Made by a program: the position numbers and the translations under genes. From Mobula hypostoma (lineage: Eukaryota), in the NCBI RefSeq assembly GCF_963921235.1, contig NC_086097.1, positions 228,410,001 to 228,474,000 on the forward strand: 64,000 nucleotides of DNA, written 5' to 3'. The notes beneath the pieces were generated by a model that saw only the letters and a list, made by a program, of their open reading frames with translations, was not told the origin of the DNA and did no database searches. Positions 13,655 through 26,650 of this stretch are shown here, piece by piece (position 1 is the stretch's first letter; every line of letters begins with the position of its first letter).

Positions 13655-14185
13655 TAGAATAAGAATCAGATTTAATATCACCAGTGTATCTCATGAAACG
13701 TGTTTACTTCAAGACAGCAATATAATGAGATACATGCTAAATAAATAGAGAAAAAAACTGAGTTACAGTGGGTACATACATGTGTCTATTAAATAGCTAA
13801 GTTAAAACAAGTGGTGCAAAATAACAGAAATAAAAAAAAGTAGTGAGGTAGTGTTCATGGGTTCAATGTCCATTTAGAAATTCGATGGCAGGCGGGAAGT
13901 TATTCCTGAATTGCCGAATTTGTGCCTTCAAGCATCCGTACCTTCTTCCCGACGGTATCAGTGTGTCCTGGGGTGGTGGCGATCCTTAATGATGGATGCC
14001 GCCTTCCTAGGGCACTGCTCATTGAAGATGTCTTGGATACTACGGAGGCTGGTGCCCATTATGGGGTTGACTAATTTTCTGCAACCTATTTCGATCTGGT
14101 GCAGCAGCCACCCCGCCCCCCCCCCCCCAATACTAGACAGCGATGCAGCCAGTCAGAATACTCTCCACTATACATTTGCAGAATT
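13655..14185 (-). mobile_element. Rex1/Babar LINE 3' fragment
   Basis: Minus-strand CIVESILTGCI, KAASIIKD-type sequence, and (TTCTGA)-like tail. Confidence 0.8.
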
Positions 14186-14233
14186 CAGATTCGCAGAATT
14201 CAGCAGGAAACTCCTGCCGAAATCTGCTTTTAC

Positions 14234-14366
14234 CATCATTTAATAGAGTGCATCCAAGATCGTATAAACTGTCCGCCCTAAAAAAATACACTTCCAGCAA
14301 ATAGGGTCCACAATAAAATACTGGCAATACCATTACAACCACAAAATTCCGCAGCCCCATATTACA
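14234..14366 (-). CDS. Candidate exon of unidentified host gene B (CNMGLRNFVVVMVLPVFYCGPYLLEVYFFRADSLYDLGCTLLND)
   Basis: Acceptor ttttttttcggtacag, a single open frame with a hydrophobic segment, donor G|gtaaaa. Non-repetitive and next to the CpG island. Confidence 0.45.
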
Positions 14367-14797
14367 CTGTACCGAAAAAAAATTTCCCTAAGCAGGGCGG
14401 GAGGTAGCGAAACACAGGCCTATTGTTTATTCTGCTAATTTATTTGCAAATGACTTGAAATAATCTATCAATAAAGTTTTGCCCGCATTTAAATGTTTAC
14501 ATTTTTTAAACAAAGGGATCTCTTCTTTTTCACGCTTACCCAATACAACGGGAATCTTCACTATGTTTACGTTAACGTGATTTATTCTACTCACACATCT
14601 GTGCGATCACACATCTTTTACTGTCAAGTTGGAAAGGAGCTCACCGTTTTATTTCTAGTTCGTTGACTTCAGATCCAGGAACGTTAATATTATTAAATAT
14701 AGTCTTTCTTGTAATCATTACCAATCAGTAAATCATTAATTATAGACTAGAACCAGTGTGTCGTTCTCACTTAACTGCTCAGGTTTCCACTAATCAC

Positions 14798-14854
14798 CTG
14801 TTCAGGCTTCTTCCTGCTCTTCTCTCCATACTTCAGCTGGAGAATGGGCTTCAT
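14798..14854 (-). CDS. Candidate first coding exon of host gene B (MKPILQLKYGEKSRKKPEQ); may instead be 5'UTR
   Basis: ATG at 14854, donor CAG|gtgatt, phase 0 compatible with exon 14234-14366. Confidence 0.3.
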
Positions 14855-14859
14855 TTCTG

Positions 14860-15600
14860 CCGCTTCTCTTGCGTGGCGCTCGGCAAATTGGTGTCCTTTC
14901 CCTGGGGAAATTCAGAGAAGGACGCAGCTTCCTATTTGAGTTTCCACTTTCGTTAAATCCCGGTGCAAACCGAAAATGTGATCGGTGATAACTCACTCTC
15001 TGAACTGAAGTCAGTCACCCACACATTAGCCACCACCGCCACAGGCACAGCCAGGTGCCTTTAAAGATCCGGATAAGACCTGGGTCCGGATTTTCCACCG
15101 GGGCTGCAAATTCCTAACTGATATCAGTGCGAGATCCGGATCTGAAGCCGCGTGTTAGCCACAGCTTATCCCCTTCTCCCTGGGTTCCAGCAATGCAGGA
15201 CCCCTGAGGAAAGCAGCTTTGTAACTCTAAATCAAGTTACCTGTCGCACTCGTCTGCCTCCCCGGCACTTACCATTTGTCATTTTCGCCGGAGCCGCCTG
15301 TGAACCAAGGAACTGCGCTCGGGGCGAAACCAGGCGCGCAACTTGAGGCGTTCCCTCGTGAAGCCAAGCGCTCGCCGAAACCGCCCACCTTCGGGGCTTT
15401 CACTTTTCAGCGCTCGGGCGGACAGGCGGCGTGGTTGCGTGTTCCCGCGGCCTCACTACCCGTGTGCACACAACATCTACCGGCGCGTTTTCTTCTCTAA
15501 CTATATTTCAGAAGTGAGGTCGCATCTCTGAAGCCTCAGGGAACGATCCGTGCAGTTTTGCTCGCATTGGGGTTGTGTTTGCGAACACCTGGTGCTTTAC
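14860..15600. promoter_or_regulatory. CpG-rich island, probable promoter
   Basis: Dense CpG in unique sequence against a CpG-poor background. GC boxes (ccgccc, gggcgg), CACCC, and TTTAAAG at ~15060. Confidence 0.65.
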
Positions 15601-15783
15601 AATTGTAGAGAACGGTGGAGAATTTGCGAACTTTTCCACTTGCTAATGATTCCCATGTTGGCCTATCTCGTTTCTGCCAGCGTCAGTACACGGAAACTCT
15701 TTTGATTGGTACCTTGTAATATGGTTGTTCCTTGGTGTTCTTCAGCGGCAACTACATTTAAAATAACAGGTTTTACACCATTT

Positions 15784-15948
15784 AACACACGCAAAATGCT
15801 GGAGGGACTCAGCAGGCCTGGCAGCAGGATTGAAGGGTTTTGGCCCGAAACGTCGACTGTACTCTTTTCCATAGATGCTGCCTGGCCTGCTGAGTTCCTC
15901 CAGCATTTTGTGTGTGTCACTTGGATTTCCAGCTTCTGCAGATTTTCT
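15784..15948 (+). mobile_element. Fold-back Penelope terminal-repeat derivative with partial hammerhead
   Basis: ~40-bp inverted repeats (acacacgcaaaatgctggagggactcagcagg / cctgctgagttcctccagcattttgtgtgtgt) around tgaagggttttggcccgaaacgtcgactg. Confidence 0.8.
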
Positions 15949-16109
15949 ATTGTTAACAAACTCGATACACATAATTTCCTTCAACTCCAGTAAAACCTTT
16001 GTTTCGTAGGGCTGTGACTTCTGGTACTTGGCATATTTTATTGGTTTCTTCGGGCTTTGCATTATGTTCTAAACGTGCGATGGATAAAAACATCCATTAG
16101 TACTTACGA

Positions 16110-16580
16110 AGGGGGCACCCCGTCCGGGACATGCCATCCTCTCGTTACTACCTTCAGGAAGAAAGTACAGGAGCCTGAAGGCCCACACTTACCGATTTAG
16201 AAACAGCCTCTTCCCTTCTGCCATCAGATTTCCAAAAGGTCCATCTCATTTTGCGCTATTTGTTGACTTTTATGTGTTTGCGTTGTAATGCTGCCGCACA
16301 ACAAATTCCACATCATGCAAGTCAGTGACAATTTCACGTCATATAAGGCAGAAAATAAACCTGATTCGGATATTGTGGACGAGTGGTCAAATTTAGGCTG
16401 ATGTAGATTAATGGCGTAGAAGTCTCTCTATCAAACTTCTACTGATGTAGCGTTTTAAATATCCTGTCTGGTTATGGCACTTCAGAGACACAGGAATGTA
16501 AGAAGCTGCAGAGGGCAGTGGACTCTGCCTAGTGCATCACGGACACATCACTCCCCACCATGGATAGTATCTACAGAATC
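16110..16580 (+). mobile_element. Rex1/Babar LINE fragments
   Basis: LPSGRKYRSLK-type C-terminus and aataaacctgattc tail. Second piece reads KLQRAVDSA. Confidence 0.7.
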
Positions 16581-16702
16581 CATCATCCCTTACCGTCTCG
16601 ATTCACTGTTAGCCAGAGAGGACTTCGTCTACTTGATGGCTTCAGTGATTTTTGAATATCGTCTGCAGCCACACTGTCCGTTAAGAATTCTCTTTAAAGT
16701 TT

Positions 16703-17155
16703 TGTGATCAAGTTGAGAGGTAGTTTACATTGCAGTGGGTGGTTGGTGTAGATGACTGATTGCACATGGGTTGCGGGGAATGGGTGAGATCAGCGATAAG
16801 ACCTGGCGAGCATTTGGTCCATAATGACAGACGAGGAAACTGGTTGAACTGAACAACCGTTTTATTGTGGTAAATGCAAAACAGACCCGGCACCATGACC
16901 GGGAGAGTGAACCCAAAGAGTCTCACCAGACGGGGGAGGTGACCAACGCACACCCCGGTTACAGTTAGGGTGACCCATAAATACACAAGTGAATAACTGT
17001 ACACTATAACCCAAGCTAAAATGTAATAAATGAACTGGAACTTCCCACCATAATCCCACAAAAGCACTTCAACACAAGAACAATAAACAGTACAGTGCTG
17101 GTCATTAGAAATAAAGGGGCGGGCTGTCGACCACGTCCCCCCAGAGCGTCACGAT
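16703..17155 (-). mobile_element. Probable solo LTR
   Basis: ~450-bp CpG-rich block bounded by TGTGAT...GTCACG, with AATAAA on the minus strand at ~16861-16866. No clear TSD. Confidence 0.45.
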
Positions 17156-17261
17156 ACAATCAAAATCTTCAAAGCATCCAGCCCCATTTTATTGAACGTT
17201 TTCAGTACAACAGGTTTTTTTTGTAAGGTGCTTTTCAATTGATATGTTGTTTTTAATTATT

Positions 17262-19170
17262 AAAAGTTCAAAGTAAATTTTATTATCAGAGTACATAAAT
17301 GTCACCATATACAACCCTGAGATTAATTTTCCTGTGGGCATACTCAGCAAATCTATAGAATAGTAACTCTAACAGGATCAATGAAAGATCAACCAGAGTG
17401 TAGAAGACAACAAACTCTACAAATTCAAATATAAATAAATATAAATAAATTACAAAAAACATGAGATAAGGTCCTTAAAGTGAGATCATTGAATGTTGGA
17501 ACATTTTAAAGATGGGGCAGATGAGTAGCCTTTATTCAAGAACCTGCTGGTTAAGGGGTAGCAACTCTTCTTGAATGTGGTGGTGAGAGTACCTTCTACC
17601 TAATGGCAGCAGTGAGAAAAGAACGTGACCTGGGCGGTGGGGATCGCTAATGATGGATGCTGCTTTCCTACGACAGCGTTTCATGTAGATGTGCTCAATG
17701 GTTGGGAGAGCTTTAGCCATGATGTACAGGGCTGAATCCTTTCTTTCTTTTTAAATCTTTTCATTATTTTTCCAGAATTATAAACAGAATAACAATATTG
17801 ATATAGAGAGATTGGAATAATCTTATTGTTGATAAACATGTACAAAAAAGACTTCAAATAATACAGGTGTAATAGACTTCCAAACTCTTAATATAGTTAA
17901 TCATAGAGAAAAAAGAAATAAAAAGAAAAAAATGCAAAGAAACCCCCCCCCAAAAAAAACTAAATACTAAACCCCAAAAAAAAGCAAATGGAACAAAACA
18001 AGGCTGGACCAATATCTTAAATTGAATATATTCAATAATGTCGTCAACTCTGCTCCTCTATTCATATATTTTAAGTTAGTAAGAAGGATTTGGAAAGGTC
18101 AAATTACATCATATGAAAATGTTGAATAAATGGTTTCCAAGTCTCTTCAAATTTAACCGAAGGATCAAAAATGTCATTTCTGATTTTTTCTAAATTTAAA
18201 CATGATATAGTTTGGGAAAACCATTGAAATGTGGTAGGAGGGTTGGTCTCCTTCCAGTTCAATAAAATAGATCTTCTGGCCATTAAAGTAACAAATGTGA
18301 TCATCCGACAGGCTGAAGAGGATAAAAATCTATGTTTTGTCATTGGCAAACCAAAAATTACCATAATTGGATGGGGTTGTAAGTCAACACACAAAACTGT
18401 TGAAATAATATCAAAAATATCTTTCCGGAATTTTTCCAAAAAAGGGTAGGACCAAAACATATGAGTTAAGGAAGCCACCTCAGAGTGACATCTAACACAA
18501 ATAGGGTTTATATGGGAATAAAAACGGGCTAGTTTATCTTTAGACATATGGGCCGTATGCACTACTTTAAATTGTATTAGCGTATGTTTGGCACATATAG
18601 AGGAAGAACTAACTAATTGAAAATGTTTATCCCATTTCTCTATAGGTAGGCAAAGTCGAAGTTCCCTTTCCTATTCGTTTTTAACTTTATCAGATATACC
18701 TGGCTGTAATTTTGTGATTATATCATAAATAGTTGCTATTAATCCCTTCTGAAAGGGATTTAAACCTAAAATTTTATTGATGATATCAGTAGGGTGTGAA
18801 ATCGGGAAGGTAGGAGGCGTGGTATTTAAAAAGTTTCTTATTTGTAAATACCTAAAAAAGTGGGATCTGGGCAAATTAAATTTATTAGATAACTGTTCAA
18901 AAAACATGAAACAGTTATTCAGAAATAAGTCACGGAAACATGTTATACATTTCATTTTCCATATCATAAGGGCTTGATCCATAACCGAGGGTTGAAAAAA
19001 AATTAGATATAATAGGGTTTGATAATATAACTTTGTTCAAACCAAAAAAATTTATGTACAGGGCTAAGTCCACTACCTTTTGTAGGATTTTCCATTCAAA
19101 GACATTAGTGTTTCCATACCAGGCCATGATGCAGCCTGTCTACATACTCTCCACTACACATCCATACAGT
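17262..19170 (-). mobile_element. Rex1/Babar 3' fragment (17262-17739 + 19054-19170) split by an L1
   Basis: ORF 17532-17720 LPTIEHIYMKRCRRKAASIISDP; sequence resumes after the L1. Confidence 0.85.
17740..19053 (-). mobile_element. L1-clade LINE, 5'-truncated (ORF2 C-terminus + 3'UTR)
   Basis: Zinc knuckle CVRCHSEVASLTHMFWS, FFRYLQIRNF and ARRSILLNWK motifs, A-rich tail. 18-bp TSD at 17722-17739 and 19054-19071 (16/18 identical). Confidence 0.9.
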
Positions 19171-19929
19171 TATTACTGTTGTCTGCAGTGTCATTTACCT
19201 CTCATATTTGGATGGCAGCTCCTTCAGTTCCTGGGCATACAATTAACCACTTTTCCTAAATGATGGCATATTTCCAATTTTAACATTGCCCTTGAAGTTG
19301 TCGGTCATGTTTTAGATATTGTAATTGAAAAGCTGTACATTTCACTGAGATACAAATGATCAATCTACCAGAATTACTATTTTAACAGACATGAAGCTAC
19401 TTATTTTAAATTAACTGCACTTTTTGTTATGGTGATATTTCATCTGAGCCAGTTGCATAGTTCACAGATTGGGCTTCAATGCTCCCACAAGGACAAACCG
19501 TGATAATGAGTTCTTCAAGCCAGCTGAGAACCAATTGATTTTTTTTTGTGTCTTTGGATCTGCAGTTTTCTTGATAACAAGAAGTTTTGGGTGCTAATTG
19601 ATCAAACTCGAAAGCAATGAATTATTGATCTGAATAATCACAAATTCAATCTGCATTGTGGCTGATCTCAGCCAGCAGCTTGACAGAATCCTAAGCAGTA
19701 GGAAAACAGCTTACATTGATACTTTTGATCACTGCAAAGTAAAATCCACCATGCTACCTTTAAGTGTCATTACAATAATTATCATATAAATCCACATATG
19801 CTGATTGCCCTCGTGGTTATTTCGCCAAGACGTGCCAAACCCACGGATTTAGCAATGCCCTATTCAAACTTCGATCTGAAATGAAAGACGTGGTTTAAAT
19901 TCCTCAGTGTGCACTGGAATAAAGTCTAC

Positions 19930-20400
19930 TCCGTAGGAATTAGGCCATTTAACCCACTGAGTCTGCTCTGCCATTCCATCAAGGCTGATCTATTATCTCT
20001 CTTCACCCCATTCTCCTGCCGCTCCCTGTAACATTTGATACTCTTACCAATCAAGAAAATATCAACCTCCACTTTAAATATACCCAATGACTTGGCCTCC
20101 ACAGCTGTCTGTGGCAATTACTTCTGTAGGTTCACCACCTTCAAGCTAAAGAAATTCTTCTTCTTCTCTGGTCTAAAGGGACGTCCTTCTATGTTTCTAT
20201 GTATTCTGAGACTATGCCCTCTAGTCGTAGACTCCCCTCTATAGGAAAAGTCCTCTCCACATCTGTTCTATCTAGAGTTGCAGACCTTCCAATATTCAAT
20301 AGGTTTCAGTGAGATCCCCTTCACTCTTCTAAACTCCAGCAAGTACAGGTCCAGAGCCTTTAAGCACTCCTCATATGTTAACTCTTTCATTCCCTTTCAT
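19930..20400 (-). mobile_element. CR1 LINE 3' fragment
   Basis: ORF 19926-20117 PQTAVEAKSLGIFK, followed by CR1 3'UTR. Confidence 0.85.
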
Positions 20401-21242
20401 TCCTCACATCATGGAAGAAATACTGAAACATTTAGAAAGTTTCCAAAATCACGATCACACAATATGTTGGGATATATATTTATAAGAATAATCTGCAAAA
20501 TTGCTTTCAGTAGCACAACAGCAGTCTCCTCAATTTAACGTTTAGAAGATGGCTAAGTATCTCAGTGTGAGGCATGGCGGAAGAAATTAAAGAATATTAG
20601 AAACACTGAAAATATGTCAAAAGCTGAGGGAGGTGCCGGGTGATGGGGTGGTTGGGATGGAATGCTGTTAATTGATACAGAAATAGAAGCAGAATGGATT
20701 CAACACTGGTGTAAGAATTTGAGAAATGGTTAAAACAGATTAGAAAATGGACCTCAGTGCACTAAAATGGAGCTGTGTGAGCAGTAGTACAAACATGAAA
20801 ACATAAATAAAGCTAAAAGTTGGCATGTTCGTGCTTGCTTGTTAAGAGTATTGAAATCCAATCTTTATCTTTCAGTGTTGCAGCAGGAAATGGGTCAGAA
20901 CTTTTAAAGAGATCACTCTAACCAATGCGGGATTGGGATGGGAAAATGGCATGGGAAAGGTTGTAATGATAAGATCCCTTTTGACAAGGGAACACTCCCT
21001 TCTGCATTTTTTGATATCAGCTCACTGCAAATCTTTCAGAGTGGCAGCATCAAGTCTAATGATGAAGAGGTCTGACTGCTGTTACAGTTCACAAAGGGCT
21101 TAGTCATTACCAGACTCCACCATGACAGATTTTTAAAAAATATTTAAATAGCCAGAGTTGATTTTTTAAATATGATAATGATTCCAGAGGGCACTTCAAT
21201 TCACTACTCATTTTATTGGGAGTTACTTTTGCATTTTGTATA

Positions 21243-21312
21243 GTACTGTGCAAAAGTTTCAGGCACATATGTATGTATATATAGCTAGGGTAACTAAGAC
21301 CTTTGCACAGTA
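21243..21312. mobile_element. ~70-bp palindromic MITE-like element
   Basis: gtactgtgcaaaagt...acctttgcacagtac inverted ends. Related right end at 24435-24460. Confidence 0.55.
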
Positions 21313-21477
21313 CCGTGTTGGTCAACGTGAAGTGGAGAGCGAGTTTGTAAATCTGGGGGACCAAGGGATGTTTGGTTTACTGGTCATTACGGAATGTCTC
21401 TCTCTCTCTTTCTGCTTCCTCCCTGCTCCCTTCCCCTTTTCCCAACCACAATTCCCCTCTCCCTGCCCCCTTCCCTT

Positions 21478-24299
21478 CAGGAACAAAGGTGATGAACTGA
21501 GAGCTTGGATACATACATGCAATTATGATGTAGTGGCCATTACAGAGACTCGGCTGGCACCAGGGCAGGAATGGATACTCAATATTCCTGGATTTCAGTG
21601 CTTTAAAAGGGATAGAGAGGGCAGAAAAAGGGGAGGAGGGGTGGCATTACTGGTCAGGGATACTATTACAGCTACAGAAAGGGTGGGTAATGTAGCAGGA
21701 TCCTCTTCTGAGTCAATATGGGTGGAAGTCAGGAACAGGAAGGGAGCAGTTACTCTACTGGGGGTATTCTATAGGCCCCCTGGTAGCAGCAGAGATACAG
21801 AGGAGCAGATTGGGAGGCAGATTTTGGAAAGGTGCAAAAATAACAGGGTTGTTATCATGGGTGACTTTAACTTCCCTAATATTGATTGGCACCTGATTAG
21901 TTCCAAGGGTTTAGATGGGGCAGAGTTTGTTAAGTGTGTCCAGGATGGATTCCTGTCACAGTATGTGGACAGGCCGACCGGGGGAATGCCATACTAGATC
22001 TAGTACTAGGTAATGAACCGGGTCAGGTCACAGATCTCTCAGTAGGTGACATCTGGGGGACAGTGACCACCGCTCCCTGGCCTTTAGCATTATCATGGAA
22101 AAGGATAGAATCAGAGAGGACAGGAAAATGTTTAATTGGGGAAAGGCAAATTATGAGGCTATAAGGCTAGAACTTGCGGGTGTGAATTGGGATGATGTTT
22201 TTGCAGGGAAATGTACTATGGACATGTGGTCGATGTTTAGAGATCTCTTGCGGGATGTAAGGGATAAATTTGTCCTGGTGAGGAAGATAAAGAATGGTAG
22301 GGTGAAGGAACCATGGGTGACAAGTGAGGTGGAAAATCTAGTCAGGTGGAAGAAGGCAGCATACATGAGGTTTAGGAAGCAAGGATGAGATGGGTCTATT
22401 GAGGAATATAGGGAAGCAAGAAAGGAGCTTAAGAAGGGGCTGAGAAGAGCAAGAAGGGGGCATGAGAAGGCCTTGGTGAGTAGGGTAAAGGAAAACCCCA
22501 AGGCATTCTTCAATTATGTGAAGAAAAAAAGGATGCAGGAGTGAAGGTAGGACCAATTAGAGATAAAGGTGGGAAGATGTGCCTGGAGGCTGTGGAAGTG
22601 AGCGAGGTCCTCAATGAATACTTATCTTCGGTATTCACCAATGAGAGGGAACTTGATGCCGATGAGGACAATATAAGTGAGGCTGATGTTCTGGAGCATG
22701 TTGATATTAAGGGAGAGGAGGTGTTGGAGTTGTTAAAATACATTAAGACAGATAAGTCCCCGGGACCTGACGGAATATTCCCCAGGCTGCTCCACGAGGC
22801 GAGAGAAGAGTTTGCTGAGCCTCTGGCTAGGATCTTTATGTCCTTGTTGTCCATGGGAATGGTACCAGAGGATTGGAGGGAGGCGAATGTTGTCCCCTTG
22901 TTCAAAAAAGGTAGTAGGGATAGTCTGGGCAATTATAGACCAGTGAGCCTTACGTCTGTGGTGGGAAAGCTGTTGGAAAAGATTCTTAGAGATAGGACCT
23001 ATAGACATTTAGAGAATCATGGTCTGATCAGGGACAGTCAGCATGGCTTTGTGAAGGGCAGATCGTGTCTAACAAGCCTGATAGAGTTCTTTGAGGAGGT
23101 GACCAGGCGTATAGATGAGGGTAGTGCAGTGGATGTGATCTATATGGGTTTTAGGAAGGCATTTGACAAGGTTCCACATGGTAGGCTTATTCAGAAAGTT
23201 AGAAGGCATGGGATCCAGGGAAGTTTGGCCAGGTGGATTCAGAATTGGCTTGCCTGCAGAAGGCAGAGGGTGGTGGTGGAGGGAGTACATTCAGATTGGA
23301 GGATTGTGACTAGTGGTGTCCCACAAGGATCTGTTCTGGGACCTCTACTTTTCGTGATTTTTATTAACGACCTGGATGTCGGGGTAGAAGGGTGGGTTGG
23401 CAAGTTTGCAGATGACACAAAGGTTGGTGGTGTTGTAGGTAGTGTAGAGGATTGTCAAAGATTGCAGAGAGACATTGATAGGATGCAGAAGTGGGCTGAG
23501 AAGTGGCAGATGGAGTTCAACCCGGAGAAGTGTGAGGTGGTACACTTTGGAAGGACAAACTCCAAGGCAGAGTACAAAGTAAATGGCAGAATATTTGGTA
23601 GTGTGGAGGAGCAAAGGGATCTCGGGGTATATGTCCACAGATCCCTGAAAGTTGCCTCACAGGTGGACAGGGTAGTTAAAAAAGTTTATGGGGTGTTAGC
23701 TTTCGTAAGTCGAGGGATAGAGTTTAAGAGTCGCGATGTAATGATGCAACTCTATAAAACTCTGGTTAGGCCACACTTAGAATACTGTGTCCAGTTCTGG
23801 TCACCTCACTATAGGAAGGATGTGGAAGCATTGGAAAGGGTACAGAGGAGATTTACCAGGATGCTGCCTGGTTTAGAAAGTATGGATTATGATCAGAGAT
23901 TAAGGGAGCTAGGGCTTTACTCTTTGGAGAGAAGGAGGATGAGAGGAGACATGATAGAGGCGTACAAGATAATAAGAGGAATAGATAGAGTGGATAGCCA
24001 GCGCCTCTTCCCCAGGGCACCACTGCTCAATACAAGAGGACATGGCTTTAAGGTAATGGGTGGGAAGTTTAAGGGGGATATTAGAGGAAGGTTTTTTACT
24101 CAGAGAGTGGTTCGTGCGTGGAATGAACTGCCTGAGTCAGTGGTGGAGGCAGATGCACTAGTGAAGTTTAAGAGACTACTGGACAGGTATATGGAGGAAT
24201 TTAAGGTGGGGGCTTATTTGGGAGGCAGGGTTTGAGGGTCGGCACAACATTGTGGGCCGAAGGGCCTGTACTGTGCTGTACCGTTCTGTGTTCTATGTT
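21478..24299 (+). mobile_element. Young CR1 LINE, truncated at the start of ORF2, inserted in a Rex1-type 3' end (21400-21477, 24300-24420)
   Basis: EN domain (ITETR, GDFN), RT ORF 22541-24235 with FADD, a few frameshifts and stops, gttctatgttc tail. Confidence 0.95.
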
Positions 24300-24687
24300 C
24301 CCACTCCCAGTCCACACAAGAGACCCATATCAGAATCAGGTTTATCGTCACTCACATGTGTCATGAAATTTGTTTTTTTTTGCAGCAGTAGTACAGTGCA
24401 ATACATAAAATTACTAAAGTACTCTGTGATTTCTGTGCCCAAGACTTTTGCACAGTACTGTAAGTCACACTGTTTTGCTCCATTTTCAGTCATTATGTAA
24501 TTAAAATTAGCTACTCACATCATTGAGTACAAATGCCATATCCAAATTTAACTTGTCTGTGGGTGAACCACAGCAGAAAATTCTCATTTCCTGATGGGGA
24601 CGTAGCTCCACTTAGTTCAGAACACCATTTGCTGTCCTCACTTACTGATCCCTCATGCACTAAAGCAAGGGAGAAACTGTAGACCTA

Positions 24688-25005
24688 TACCCTGTGGCCA
24701 CTTCATTAGGTACACGTGTACCTTGTACGCTTGTTAATGCAATTATCTACTCGACCAATCAAGTGGCAACAACTTAATGCATAAAAGCACCCACACATGG
24801 TCAAGAGGTTCAGTTGTTGTTGAGATCAAACATCAGAATGTGGAAGAAATGTGATCTAAGTGGCTTTGACCATGGAATGATTGTTGGTGCCAGATGGAGT
24901 GGTTTGAAACAGCTGATCGCCTGGGATTTAAACGTATACCTGTTTTTAGAGTTTACAGAGAATGGTGCGAAAATCAAAAAAAAATCCAGTGAGCAGCAAT
25001 TCTGT
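24688..25005 (+). mobile_element. Tc1-like transposon derivative (left TIR + transposase N-terminus)
   Basis: TIR gtggccacttcattaggtacac; MWKKCDLSGFDHGMIVGAR, a paired-like HTH start. Confidence 0.8.
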
Positions 25006-25682
25006 TCAGCGTACATTTATTATCAAAATAAGTATACTATATACAATGTTGATATTCATCTTCTTGCAGGCAGTCACAAAACAAAGAAACACAAAAGATA
25101 TCACTAAAAACCCCACAGCACAAAGGCAGTCAAACATCCAATGTGTGAAAAAGGAAGATCAAATTGTGCAAACAATTAAAGAGAGAACAAACAGTCCACA
25201 GACCATGAACTGCAAAGTCCCCAAAAAAAGTTCAGCGCTGTAGCCGGTGCAGGAGGTCGATGGCTGCAGGCCGCAGCTGCAGAGTCAATTCAGTGTTGAG
25301 GAGAGTAATGGCTCATGAAGTAGTGAGTTGGACACCAGTTCGTCCTCCACTCTCGGCCTTGACGCCTTAATCTTTTTAATCTGGTTCAGCACCTAAATTA
25401 GCTAAACATCAGTTCATTTTCCGTTCTCGGGCCCAGGCCCCACTGCTTCATTCCGGCCCCAAGTCCACTCCAGCAAAGGCCACTGCAGCCATACCTGCAT
25501 ACTCGAGAGTCCATTTTGTCAAGTACTTCAGCTTACCATGTCATATAGACAGTTCAAAATCACACCTCCCAGTGGGAAATTTCAGGCTGGAAATTTAGTT
25601 CCGAGAAAGTATATTTAGTAGAATTGTTAGTAGCTTTGTTAGCTGCCTGAAAGGTGTCGTTACATCTCATTAGCACCATCTT
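25005..25682 (-). mobile_element. Non-coding LINE-end-derived element, ~680 bp
   Basis: Minus strand starts aagatggtgct (YY1-like) and ends in a Rex1-like 3' tail (gataataaatgtacgctgaac). Confidence 0.5.
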
Positions 25683-25814
25683 CACTGCAATGTTAGGGGA
25701 AAGACAGAACAGAAGGACTAACTCTGTAGATCAAGCTGCAAAGGAGACAGCTATAGAACCATCATTAATTATTGGTGGCTGAAAAGTAGTAAGAGCCTGA
25801 GAAGATCGGAAGAT

Positions 25815-26650
25815 TAAGCTCTCCTCTACAATTATTCTGAGCACCGGTGCCCCACAAGGCTGTGTACTCAGACCCCTGCTGTACTCACTGTACACCCATG
25901 ATTGTGTAGCCAAGTTTCCATCGTACTTAATATATAAGTTTGCTGATGACACCACAATTGTAGGCATACAGGTAATGATGAGTTTGAGTACAGAGAGGAA
26001 ATTAAGAACCTGGTGGCATGGTGCGAAGACAATAACCTATCTCTCAATGTCAATAAGACGAAGGAATTGGTTGTTGACTTCAGAAGGAGTAGCGGGCTGC
26101 ACAACCCCATTTTCATCGGTGGTGCGCAAGTGGAACAGATCAAAAGCCTCAAGTTCCTTGTGGTCAATATCACAAATGACCCGACTTGGTCCAACCAAGC
26201 AGAGTCCACTGCCAAGAAGGCCTACCAGTGCCTTTACTTCCTGAGAAAGCCAAAGAAATTTGGCCTGTCCCCTAAAACCCTCACTATTTTTTATAGATGC
26301 ACAGTAGAAAGCATTCTTCTAGGGTGCATCACAACCTGATATGGAAGTTGTCCTGTTCAAGACCGGAAGAAGCTGCAAAAGATCGTGAACACAGCCCAGC
26401 ACGTCACACAAATCAATTTTCCGTCCTTGGACTCACTTTACACCGCACACTGTTGGAGCAGTGCTGCCAGGATAATCAAGGACACGACCCACCCAGCCAA
26501 CACACTTTTCATCCCTCTTCCCTCAGGAGAAGGCTCAGGAGCTTGAAGACTCGTATGGCCAGATTTGGGAACAGCTTCTTTCCAACTGTGATAAGGCTGC
26601 TGAATGGATCCTGACCCGGACCTGGACCATACCCTCCAAATATCCGGGCC
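25815..26650 (+). mobile_element. Rex1/Babar LINE, RT C-terminal part
   Basis: GAPQGCVL, KFADDT, LNVNKTKELVVDFRR, CTVESILLGCIT. Confidence 0.9.

Noticed and set aside
20876..20959. Plus-strand exon-like stretch CCSRKWVRTFKEITLTNAGLGWENGMGK
   Set aside because: Isolated, with no recognisable homology or partner exons.
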